From Bacteroidales bacterium (GTDB lineage: Bacteria > Bacteroidota > Bacteroidia > Bacteroidales > B18-G4): 61,374 nucleotides of DNA. The notes beneath the pieces were generated by a model. That model was not told where the DNA came from. It ran no database searches and saw only the letters and a list, made by a program, of their open reading frames with translations. How positions within the stretch are numbered: position 1 is the first letter of the stretch; the number at the start of each line of letters is the position of its first letter. The position numbers and the translations under genes are program-made. Below are positions 18,657 to 27,692 of the stretch, one piece after another. Where the stretch lies: contig JAZBOU010000125.1 in assembly GCA_036351275.1 (NCBI GenBank), positions 1 through 61,374 on the forward strand. Direction: 5' to 3'.

Positions 18657-20078
18657 TCAGAACCTGAAATAAATAAATGGGTTAAAGCCCGAAGAGGTGA
18701 TGGCTGCCAGGCTGATAAGGAAGAACACTATGCTGAACAATACCATCAGGCTGATGGTACGGTTGTTTTGTTTTTCTGCAAAGAGGCGTTCCTGCCATGC
18801 TTCTATCTTCCTGAACCCGCCCCAGAAGGAGAAAAAGACCGCAATGAGCATGATGGTGTTGAACTTGCTGTCGAAAAACACATCAGCCCCGCTGCCGGAA
18901 AAGGAAAACATGCTTTCGAGGTAAGCCAGTGCTTCCGGCAGTGTTTCCGCCCTGAAGAACACCCATCCGACCAGCACGATGAGATAGGTGATGATGATGC
19001 TCGGCACCTTGCCAATGGCTTTATAGAACTTTAGCAGGAAGATGCGGTCGGCGATCAGGAACAGCCCGTGGAAGGCTCCCCAGATCACGAAATTCCACGA
19101 TGCCCCGTGCCAGAAACCGGAGATCAGGAACACCACCCAGAGGTTGAAATACATTTTACGTGTCGATACCCTGTTCCCGCCCAGGGGGATGTATAAATAA
19201 TCCTTCATGAAGCGGCCGAGGGTCATGTGCCACCGGCGCCAGAACTCTGAAATGCTTTGCGAAATATACGGGTTGTTGAAGTTCTCGGGGAAACGGAAGC
19301 CGATCATGCGCCCGATGCCGATGGCCATATCGGAATAACCCGAAAAATCGTAATAGATCTGGAAACCGTAGGCGATGATACCATACCATGCGGTCATGCT
19401 GTCGACAGCACCGCCGCCAAGGTCAAAAATGCGGTCGACTTCCTCCCCCAGCACGTTTGCGATAAGGACCTTTTTGGAAAGGCCGATCACGAAGCGGAAG
19501 AATCCGGTGAGGCGGTTGTTGATGTTCTCGTTCGCCCGCCTGTCGACCAGCTGGTCGGCGATCTCGTTATATCGTACGATGGGACCTGCGATCAGCTGCG
19601 GGAACATCAGGATGTACAGGGCATAATCACTCACCAGCTTTAAAGGGGCATGCACTTTCCGGTACACATCAACAGCATAGGTGATCTTCTGGAAGGTAAA
19701 GAAGGAGATACCGATAGGCAGGGCTACGCGCACCCAGTGGATGGCATCCATACCCAGAAAGCCGAGTACTTCGTTCACATTATCGACAAAAAAGTTGGCG
19801 TATTTAAAATACAGCAGCAGGCCTATGTTCAGAGCCATGGAGGCAGCAAGCAGCCAGTCTTTTACACGGCTTTTCTTCCTGTCAAGTGTTTTTACGATAT
19901 AAAAGTCGAGGAGGATGGAACCCAGCACAACAAATACAAATGCGGGTGCTCCCCAGGCGTAAAAGAGTATACTGGCGAGCAGTGCAAAGGGGTTTTTGGC
20001 TACTCTGGGCAGCAGGTAGTACACGACCAGGAAGGCCGGAAAAAAGTACAGAAGAAATAAACTGCTGCTGAAAACCAT
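18657..20078 (-). CDS. MBOAT-family membrane O-acyltransferase (AlgI/DltB-like)
   Basis: 473 aa and polytopic, with the FWRRWHMTLG..YIPLGG and SGFWHGASWNF signature including the conserved His. Confidence 0.9.
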   Translation of the reverse strand: MVFSSSLFLLYFFPAFLVVYYLLPRVAKNPFALLASILFYAWGAPAFVFVVLGSILLDFYIVKTLDRKKSRVKDWLLAASMALNIGLLLYFKYANFFVDNVNEVLGFLGMDAIHWVRVALPIGISFFTFQKITYAVDVYRKVHAPLKLVSDYALYILMFPQLIAGPIVRYNEIADQLVDRRANENINNRLTGFFRFVIGLSKKVLIANVLGEEVDRIFDLGGGAVDSMTAWYGIIAYGFQIYYDFSGYSDMAIGIGRMIGFRFPENFNNPYISQSISEFWRRWHMTLGRFMKDYLYIPLGGNRVSTRKMYFNLWVVFLISGFWHGASWNFVIWGAFHGLFLIADRIFLLKFYKAIGKVPSIIITYLIVLVGWVFFRAETLPEALAYLESMFSFSGSGADVFFDSKFNTIMLIAVFFSFWGGFRKIEAWQERLFAEKQNNRTISLMVLFSIVFFLISLAAITSSGFNPFIYFRF

Positions 20079-20137
20079 GCTATGCGAACACTATTTGCTG
20101 ATCCGGGCTCTGTACCGGATCCAAACCGACATTAGGG

Positions 20138-20539
20138 TCAGGATTCTATATATTTCGACAGGTCGAAAGGCTGCTCGGGCACCACTGAAGAGTGATGGTC
20201 GATGATCTTCCAGCCACCTTCGTTCACATATGCGAAGGTATACCTCGCCGGCACCACTACTTTTCCCCCGTCTTCATACCAGCTGAATACATAATACCCC
20301 GTGTTGATCGCTACATTCCCGTACTGCCTGACTACAGGGTCGCTGAAATCAACCTTTATCCTGTCGAGCGTGGCAAACTTTACAAAATACTCCCTGATCA
20401 ATGCAGGTGTATTCCGGATCACGGGGGAGAGGGTACCCCAGAGGACAGCATCTTTATGGTAAAGGGCTGTAACATTGTTTTCATCGCCCGAGCTCAGGGC
20501 TTCGGCCCATATCGCCGACTGTTTCAATATTTCGTCCAT
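20138..20539 (-). CDS. NTF2-like fold protein (SgcJ/EcaC or DUF4440 type)
   Basis: 133 aa. The pattern LYHKDAVLWGTLSP..R..IREYF..GGWKIIDHHSS is typical of SnoaL/CaMKII-association-domain-like proteins. Confidence 0.5.
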   Translation of the reverse strand: MDEILKQSAIWAEALSSGDENNVTALYHKDAVLWGTLSPVIRNTPALIREYFVKFATLDRIKVDFSDPVVRQYGNVAINTGYYVFSWYEDGGKVVVPARYTFAYVNEGGWKIIDHHSSVVPEQPFDLSKYIES

Positions 20540-20590
20540 GCTATTCGAAATTTTGATGGCAAATTTAATCTTTTTGGCCGTAAAGCATGC

Positions 20591-23125
20591 TTAACGGCCC
20601 GTATATAAAAGCTTCTTGCTTAAGGATTGCATCCCGTTTCCGGTCACCAGCAGGTATAGGCCTGCCGGGCATATCTCGCCCTGCTCGTTTTCTCCGTCCC
20701 ACCTGAATATTTGTCCTATTTTTATTTCCTGCCTGATGGCCAGTATCCTGACCAGCTTACCATTCATGTTGTAGATCTTGCAGCTGCCTGAGTTCAGGTT
20801 TTTTTCAAACCTGATGGAAATACTTTCCGAAAAAGGATTCGGGTAAGTGGAAACATGATCGTCCTGCAAATAAGTTTCATCCAACCCAAGGTCGCCGGCT
20901 GAAAATAACAGTGTTCGTCGGCTCCGGCAATGGTCGTCATCTTCTGCACTGAAGGTCAGTGGCAGGGACTGGTAATAATCAGAAGGCGTTCCCGTCAGTA
21001 AGCCTTCAGGGCTGAGCTGAATGTCATCGGGCAGGGGCGAGATGGCGATCCTGACGGCGCTTTGATCCTGGATCACTTCATTTTCGGCAAGGGAAGGAAT
21101 GAAATAGTTCTGCTCATCGCCCTTTGATACTCCGCACGACCACAGGGTTTTGTACCCATCAAAGCCTTTTCCAAAGATAAATTCCACATGTCCATCGGGG
21201 TAGAGGGTGAGGCCGAATTCCACATCTTGTTCGAAGGCGGGATCTGCGATATTTCCTTTCCACACTATGCTGGCCATTGCTGATGCCTGGTCCACCCAAA
21301 TGCGATGGCCGGAATCAGGATCTATAACAAGGTATTTAGCCAGGAGAGGTGCAATGCATTTTGTGTTCCGGATGAGCAGTTCGCTGTCGCGGATGTAAGG
21401 CCAGGGATAGTTTGTATTCTCGAACATGACCAGGCCCCTGGGATGGACATATATCGTATCATAGTGTTCGCCATAAAATGGGAAGCTGAATGCAAGGCTG
21501 ACGGGAATATTTCCGTAATCGTTGTTTTCGGCTTCAATAGTGGTTCCGGTATAGCTGAGTGCCGACTGGAACTGTTCTTCTGCGCAGGCATGCAACAGTG
21601 TCCATTGTACGGGCGCTGTTGCGCCGCTGCTTTCCAGCTGGAAAGAATAGGGCTCACCGACAACGGCCACCGGCAGATCAGTGGTAGTGATAAGCATCAC
21701 TTCCGGATCATTTGAAATAATGAGCGAGGCAGATGTTGTGCTGTTGTTGAGAATGTCCATCGTTGTGTGCTCCCACGAAGATTCGATGGGGTAGAGCTGG
21801 GAGTAATCGATCACGGAGAAGTATTCGATCCGGCCGCTGCCGCTTCCTTCCGGATCACGCTCATCGACCATAAGGAAGAATTTTTTCGGCGGAAGGCTCA
21901 GGTTTCCTCCCAGCAGTGGTGTGATGTCAAGTCCGAATTCTATGGTTTTATTTTCCGCCGGACTCCAGCCACCCTGCATATACTGCATCCCGCCCTGGAA
22001 GTTGAAAACGGGGAAGCTGATCGTATAATCGGGTTCTTCTGCATTTTCACCAGAGGCAACGCCCAGCCGTATCCTGAGCATGCCCCTGCGTTCATGTGTT
22101 ATCCTGATCTTCGCCGCCAGGCGTGGATGCTCCAGGCTTTTTACATCAAGAATATGAACGGCATTGTTCCATATGCCTCCTTCGTAAAGTTCATCAGCCA
22201 GTGTTTTGTACATCATGTAGCACCTGCCGCTGTCGCCGAAGTTAATGCCCCCGATCCAGCCATCGGCAAATACCAGTCCGCCGATCTCCCAGTCGCGCAT
22301 ATCCACGAAGCCGTCATCGTTAAGGTCGATGGTATTGGTATATTTTCCATCAGCGTTATAATCATAACGGATAGAGTCATTATACCCGGTTATGGTCATG
22401 GCATGCGAGGGATTGCCTGCCCAGTAGGTGATCACTTTTTTGCCTGCCTCAGGCGTACCTTGGGGTAAGGTCTTGGTATTCCAGGGGGAGTTGGCATAAA
22501 AGGAGGCCACTCCTCCTGTTTCGGACCCGTCGAGGTGGTTGTGCAGCCAGTGCTTCAACTGCAGGAGGCCTTCTTCTGTATCTGTTTTTATCTGGTATAC
22601 ATCCCTTATGCGGTTGCTCATGGCACCCAAATAGTTGTAATAGCCGTCCATCCATCGGCTTTCACCTCCTGCAGCCATGCCACCGTAAGTACTTACGCTG
22701 GGGCATCCGAGTGTTTTCAGGATCTCGAAGCTGTGAAAATAGCTTGCCCCGTACCATCCATAGCCGCCATTCATAAAATTATAAGTGAAGTGCGGCGGGT
22801 ACTGGTTCTCCGGTACATTGGCAGGCAGGTCCCTGAGCCGGTTGATCTCATACGTAAAATTATACGCGATCCCGCTTACCTGACCGCATTCGTTGCTTAC
22901 CTGTTCATAAATTGGCCTGTAATATTTTAGCCTGGAATTATCGACCGCAGACGGAAGCTCATTGCTTTTCAGCACAGGCATAGCCTTCAGTTCAGGCAGT
23001 TTAGCCAGCATGAGCGAATCATACGGGGTCAGCCCCGGAGCCTGTTCCGGAAATGAACCTTGTGCAAACAGGCTTGTAAAGCCCGCAAGGCCCAGAAGTA
23101 AAAGAAAGGTGGTTTTCCTCATCAT
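20591..23125 (-). CDS. Secreted papain-like (C1-type) cysteine peptidase with Ig-like middle domain and T9SS C-terminal domain
   Basis: It has a signal peptide, a putative catalytic Cys80 (NECGQVSG) and His241 (PSHAMTITGYND) followed by GDSGRCYMMY, and a GEPYSFQLESSGATAPVQW Ig-like motif. The C-terminal YPNPFSESISIRF..GLYLLVTG sequence matches the Por tail. Confidence 0.7.
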   Translation of the reverse strand: MMRKTTFLLLLGLAGFTSLFAQGSFPEQAPGLTPYDSLMLAKLPELKAMPVLKSNELPSAVDNSRLKYYRPIYEQVSNECGQVSGIAYNFTYEINRLRDLPANVPENQYPPHFTYNFMNGGYGWYGASYFHSFEILKTLGCPSVSTYGGMAAGGESRWMDGYYNYLGAMSNRIRDVYQIKTDTEEGLLQLKHWLHNHLDGSETGGVASFYANSPWNTKTLPQGTPEAGKKVITYWAGNPSHAMTITGYNDSIRYDYNADGKYTNTIDLNDDGFVDMRDWEIGGLVFADGWIGGINFGDSGRCYMMYKTLADELYEGGIWNNAVHILDVKSLEHPRLAAKIRITHERRGMLRIRLGVASGENAEEPDYTISFPVFNFQGGMQYMQGGWSPAENKTIEFGLDITPLLGGNLSLPPKKFFLMVDERDPEGSGSGRIEYFSVIDYSQLYPIESSWEHTTMDILNNSTTSASLIISNDPEVMLITTTDLPVAVVGEPYSFQLESSGATAPVQWTLLHACAEEQFQSALSYTGTTIEAENNDYGNIPVSLAFSFPFYGEHYDTIYVHPRGLVMFENTNYPWPYIRDSELLIRNTKCIAPLLAKYLVIDPDSGHRIWVDQASAMASIVWKGNIADPAFEQDVEFGLTLYPDGHVEFIFGKGFDGYKTLWSCGVSKGDEQNYFIPSLAENEVIQDQSAVRIAISPLPDDIQLSPEGLLTGTPSDYYQSLPLTFSAEDDDHCRSRRTLLFSAGDLGLDETYLQDDHVSTYPNPFSESISIRFEKNLNSGSCKIYNMNGKLVRILAIRQEIKIGQIFRWDGENEQGEICPAGLYLLVTGNGMQSLSKKLLYTGR

Positions 23126-23128
23126 GTC

Positions 23129-26100
23129 CTAATCATGCCTGATCACTTTTTTTACCACCCTGGCTCCATTGTATTCAAAGATAATGAAAAACATGCCTTC
23201 CCCGACCGTTTCACTTTCGGGATCCCAGCTAAAGTTATGTTTCCCGGCGGAAAGCATGATCCCTTCGGCTATCCTATCGAGGGTCCTGCCCCGGAGGTCG
23301 GCCACTTTAATGCTTACCTCTGTCTCTTTGCTCAGATCGAAACTTATGTTCGTTCCTTCAGTGAATGGATTGGGGTAAACATCGATCTCCATGCCCGGTT
23401 CCAAGGTTTCTTCTTGCCCGAGGTAGGTGTCAACAAGGAGGTGGACGGGTATGATGGACTCATGCTGGAAATTATCCCTGATGACAAGGTTGCAGTAATA
23501 GTCCCCGTCATCCAGGCCCCCGGTATTGAATGTTACCAGGATATCCTGCTGGCCTGACGGAGGTACGTTCCCTTCGTACATATCGCAACTGATCCAGGGT
23601 ACAATGCTGCCCAGGTTATCCAGTGTTATGCTTCCCTCTATCACATGGGGTTCGTTCCCGTACAGGTCTCCTGTGATGACATATTCCAGCACGGCATCGT
23701 CGCTGTATCCGGCTTCAACCATTCCATTGATGTTGGCATGGGCATATTCCCCTCCTTTAATGGCACCCCATCCGCTTCCGTCTTCAAAGTGCCAGTTCAT
23801 GCTTGCCCCGTTTCCAAAGGAGCCTGTGAACATCAGGTCGCCATTGCTTCCGCCGACAAAGTTATTGGTACCCTGTGCTACTATTCCAACGGGCAACTGA
23901 ATGATCAGGTCGGTGATCCATTCATCGTCCTCACTGGCATTATAGAGCGTAAATCCCCATGTGAACTCCTCCCCTGAAAAGAACGAATTCTCATCACATT
24001 CAAGATAGGAACCTTCAATACTCCTGTTTCCTGATGCACCGTCGTTTACAGAGGTGATGATCAAACTGAAATCCAGATCCCCTTCAAAATCATTGCTGAT
24101 CACGAAGGTGTCTGTATCTTGCTCACCGGGTTTCATTGCCTTATCAATTTCATTGTGCGAAAATGCCAGGTGGGGATTGATATCGATACTTCCAGGGAAG
24201 CTTATATAGTCGATAAAGGCGGCATCAAGCCCCTCGCTTATGGCCCCATCCTTGGTATATTTCCATTCAAGCCTGTGGTACCCGGTGCTCAGGGGGAAGG
24301 AAACCATTTCCCAGCCAAGGATGCTGTCCCAGCGCGCCTGTTCAACGCCGTCGATATGAAAAGAGAGATAGTCGCTGTTATCGTTGGCATCGTCCTGGCA
24401 GCTCACCCTGCGGTAAAAGCTCAGGTCTCCTGCTTCAATAACGTCGATATCAAGGATCATTACAGATTGGCTTTCGTGTGAGATCGATCCTGAGCGTGCA
24501 CCAAAGTCGCCTTCCCATGGATTGTTATCTTCGATGGCCCAGTTTCGGCTGCCTTTGAATCCCCAGCTGAAGAGATTGAAATCGCCGGTTTCAAAATCCT
24601 CCAGTGTCAGCCCAATCCGCTGCTGGAATGGGAGGCTGGTCTGAAATCCCATGTTTCCGCTGATGTCGAGCAGGAAATCAACGGTATGCCCTATGGTGGT
24701 AGCCGGGTCTACACTTACATTATATACCAGCCATTCGCTGCTGTCGGGGCTGAGCAGCGGAAGCATCTGCCCGGCATTGTTGATGGTTATGAGAGGATCT
24801 GCAGTACTGAGCAAACACTCCAGCATGGATCCCCTGCTGCCTCCTCCATTATAAATCTGTACAAGCATATCTGCTGTTTCCCCGGGATCGAGCCGGCCGT
24901 TCTGTCCGTCGTCGATCAGCACATCCGTGAGCTGCAGATCGGGAGCAAAGGCGGTATAAGCCAGGGTACTTTCCCAGGTTTCTTTCGTTGATCCCGTGAT
25001 CGTTGTAGCCAATTCAAAGGTGTGGTTATCGGGAATATCGGATGCTACCTGGAACCTGAAGGCATTCTCAAGGTAAATAGGAACCCCTACCGGCATATTT
25101 CCAATATACTGGCTGTCGTCGATAATGTTAATATACGGGTCCTGGGTACTGATGTACATATTTGCACCGGTAACCGTAGTGTTTTCCAGGTTGGTCAGCT
25201 CAACGCTGAGGTTAGCCAGCTCACCGTATTCGATCACCCCGTCTCCGCCTGACACGATCGAATCCACGATCTGTATGCCTGAAGTAGAGAATAGAAGCGT
25301 TCTAATATCGTACACAAAATTGTTATCGGTCAGCTTGAACGTCATGGTTTCCCCGTTCACGGGCTGGTTGACCACCCCGCTTAGCAGACCGCTTTCGGAT
25401 ATGCTGAGGCCGTCAGGGTAGTCGTACATTTCATAGGCATAGCATTTGTTTGGCTGTGGCACGGCATCGGGATAGAAAGAGGAGAACTGCATGTCATGTT
25501 CGTTGCCGTCGTTCAGGCCGGCAACCCATTTTGTGGCTTCTTCGATCACAATATCGCCATAGAGGTATTCGATCGTACCGTCGGGGAACAGCCTTACAGC
25601 GAAGTTCAGGTCGGTGCCGCCGGGATTGCCATCGATGGATGCATTCCACCGAAAAGTGGCCTGCGTTTCATCTCCTTCATACCATATCCCGTCGTTATCG
25701 GAAGAATAAAGCCTGATGTCATGGCACATAAAAGGAGAAATATTCCTTGTGATCCTGAACATCACCATGTCGTCGCCAAAATACGGGTAGGGGAAAAGCT
25801 GCTCATCAAACATCAGGTATCCGTCAACATGCACTGTCACAGCAGAATATGTTGAATCGTAATACGGGAAGTCGAAATCGAGTTGCCGTGTTACAAACCC
25901 GCTGTTGCTGGAGTTGGGATACAACTGTGTCTGGTTGAAAGTGGGGAACGTCTGGCTTGAGTTATTTTCATCGTAGTGTTTAAGCAGCCGGAATTCATAA
26001 GGTTCCGTGCCACCACTGGCGGTAAGTTGTACCGAATAGGGTTGGCCGATATTTGCCGCCGGCAAGGCCGAATTTGCAATCTGAACACGGTCAAAATCAA

Positions 26101-27523
26101 AGCTGGCCAGCAGGCTCATTCTGGTAAGGTTGTTATCATTGATGGGCACGTCGGTTTGAGGGCAAACGTGTTCTACGGGGCTTCCTCCTGTATAATCCAT
26201 GACGGAAAAGCTGTTGATCTCCCCGTACCCGGTATGGGTGGGATCATATTCATATACCTGCAGGAAGAACTTCACATCCTGTTGGAGGTTGATATGGCTT
26301 AAGAGGGGAGAAATATCGAGGCCGAATTCAAGTGTCCTGTTGTCGGGGTTGCTCCAGCCGCCCTGCATGTATTGTCCGCCCCCCTGGTAATTCAAAATGG
26401 GGAATTCCATCGCATAGTCAGGAACTGTAGCATTCACGTTGTTTGAAACGCCGGCAATTACTTTGAGCTTGTCGCGCTTGATATGTGTAAGGGTCACCTT
26501 CATGGTAGCCTGGGGCTCGCATGTCTCTTTTACATCGAGTACGTAAACGCAATGGTTCCAGATGCCGCCTTCCCCGAGATTATCAGCTACTGTTTTGTAC
26601 ATCATATATGCATAGCCCTGATCGCCCCAGTTGGGTACGCCACCGTAGCTCTGTACCATTTTAAACCCGCCGATCTCCCAGTCTTTCATGTTTACAACGC
26701 CGTCGTTATTGATATCAATGTCGTTGGTATACTGGCCATCGTTGTTGTAGTCCCAGCGGATGGAGTCATTGTAGCCGACGATGGTCTGGGCATGGTTGGC
26801 ACTACCGCCAAAATATGTGAGTACGTATTTTCCCTCTTCCGGTGTACCGGCAGGCAGGGTATTGCTGGCACTCATATACTGGGAATAAAAGCTGCCGACC
26901 CCGCCGACAGGAGCACCTTCCAGGTGATCGTTGATCCAGTGTTTAAAGGTTTCAAGCCCTTCGGGCGTTCCGATCTGTATCTGGAAGGCTTTATTGATCC
27001 TGTTACCCATCCCATTATAATACTCATCATAGCCTGATATCCACCTGGATTCTCCTCCTGAATAGGTGGTGCCGCCATAATCAGCTATATTCATGTTACC
27101 GCAGTGCCGCAATACCTCAAAGCTATGGAGGAAACTCACGCCATAATATCCATATCCCTCGTTCATCCAGTTCCAGGTAAAATGAGTGGGGTACATGTTC
27201 TCATTGACATTGGCGGGAATATCGCGTGCCCGGTCTATCTCGTATGTGAAATTATAAGCAATACCGGCTGCCTGCCCGCAGCTGTACATATGCTGCTGAA
27301 ATACCTCTCTCATATATGGCTGGACGGAGTTGTCGACAATGGCAGGAAGGTCTTTGCTCTTATATTCAGCCGGCATTTTGAGCTCCGGCACTTTTTTCAA
27401 AGCTTCCATCTCGGTGTCGCTCAATGGCTGCAGTTCAAAATTGCCGGCCTGGTTGCGGGCAAGCTGGGCAAACAGTGTGAGGCTGACAAAACAAACAGGG
27501 ATAAACAGGGACAATGCTTTCAT
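23129..27523 (-). CDS. Large secreted papain-like cysteine peptidase paralog (1464 aa) with extra Ig-like and lectin/MAM-like domains and T9SS C-terminal domain
   Basis: The N-terminal ~330 aa are collinear with the 844-aa neighbor (SCGQAAGIAYNFTYE, ANHAQTIVGYND, NWGDQGYAYMMYKT). It also has a GQPYSVQLTASGGTEPYEF motif and an LEDFETGDF..WEGDFGARSG jelly-roll-like domain. The C-terminal VYPNPFTEGTNISF..MFFIIFEY sequence is a T9SS tail. Confidence 0.7.
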   Translation of the reverse strand: MKALSLFIPVCFVSLTLFAQLARNQAGNFELQPLSDTEMEALKKVPELKMPAEYKSKDLPAIVDNSVQPYMREVFQQHMYSCGQAAGIAYNFTYEIDRARDIPANVNENMYPTHFTWNWMNEGYGYYGVSFLHSFEVLRHCGNMNIADYGGTTYSGGESRWISGYDEYYNGMGNRINKAFQIQIGTPEGLETFKHWINDHLEGAPVGGVGSFYSQYMSASNTLPAGTPEEGKYVLTYFGGSANHAQTIVGYNDSIRWDYNNDGQYTNDIDINNDGVVNMKDWEIGGFKMVQSYGGVPNWGDQGYAYMMYKTVADNLGEGGIWNHCVYVLDVKETCEPQATMKVTLTHIKRDKLKVIAGVSNNVNATVPDYAMEFPILNYQGGGQYMQGGWSNPDNRTLEFGLDISPLLSHINLQQDVKFFLQVYEYDPTHTGYGEINSFSVMDYTGGSPVEHVCPQTDVPINDNNLTRMSLLASFDFDRVQIANSALPAANIGQPYSVQLTASGGTEPYEFRLLKHYDENNSSQTFPTFNQTQLYPNSSNSGFVTRQLDFDFPYYDSTYSAVTVHVDGYLMFDEQLFPYPYFGDDMVMFRITRNISPFMCHDIRLYSSDNDGIWYEGDETQATFRWNASIDGNPGGTDLNFAVRLFPDGTIEYLYGDIVIEEATKWVAGLNDGNEHDMQFSSFYPDAVPQPNKCYAYEMYDYPDGLSISESGLLSGVVNQPVNGETMTFKLTDNNFVYDIRTLLFSTSGIQIVDSIVSGGDGVIEYGELANLSVELTNLENTTVTGANMYISTQDPYINIIDDSQYIGNMPVGVPIYLENAFRFQVASDIPDNHTFELATTITGSTKETWESTLAYTAFAPDLQLTDVLIDDGQNGRLDPGETADMLVQIYNGGGSRGSMLECLLSTADPLITINNAGQMLPLLSPDSSEWLVYNVSVDPATTIGHTVDFLLDISGNMGFQTSLPFQQRIGLTLEDFETGDFNLFSWGFKGSRNWAIEDNNPWEGDFGARSGSISHESQSVMILDIDVIEAGDLSFYRRVSCQDDANDNSDYLSFHIDGVEQARWDSILGWEMVSFPLSTGYHRLEWKYTKDGAISEGLDAAFIDYISFPGSIDINPHLAFSHNEIDKAMKPGEQDTDTFVISNDFEGDLDFSLIITSVNDGASGNRSIEGSYLECDENSFFSGEEFTWGFTLYNASEDDEWITDLIIQLPVGIVAQGTNNFVGGSNGDLMFTGSFGNGASMNWHFEDGSGWGAIKGGEYAHANINGMVEAGYSDDAVLEYVITGDLYGNEPHVIEGSITLDNLGSIVPWISCDMYEGNVPPSGQQDILVTFNTGGLDDGDYYCNLVIRDNFQHESIIPVHLLVDTYLGQEETLEPGMEIDVYPNPFTEGTNISFDLSKETEVSIKVADLRGRTLDRIAEGIMLSAGKHNFSWDPESETVGEGMFFIIFEYNGARVVKKVIRHD

Positions 27524-27546
27524 ACAGGCTTTATAATTAAGTCGAA

Positions 27547-27554
27547 CAAAGCTA
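27547..27554 (-). promoter_or_regulatory. -7 promoter box TAgcTTTG (minus strand)
   Basis: CAAAgcTA on the plus strand, 23 nt upstream of the ATG at 27523. This argues that the peptidase pair has its own promoter. Confidence 0.45.
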
Positions 27555-27692
27555 ATAAATATCTTTTGTTATATAGATGCGGGATTTACGGAAATGGTGC
27601 CCCGGCTTATAATAGGAAGCATAGAATTACGAGTGCTTCACCGGGCGCAGCATAAAGTCCGTCGAAGGACCTCTGAAATATTGTGATCTGGC

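Noticed and set aside
20100-20130. GATCCGG-gctctgta-CCGGATC hairpin between the NTF2-like gene and the MBOAT gene as a terminator.
   Set aside because: The stem is only 7 bp with no T-run on the relevant (minus) strand. This is not enough to call a terminator.
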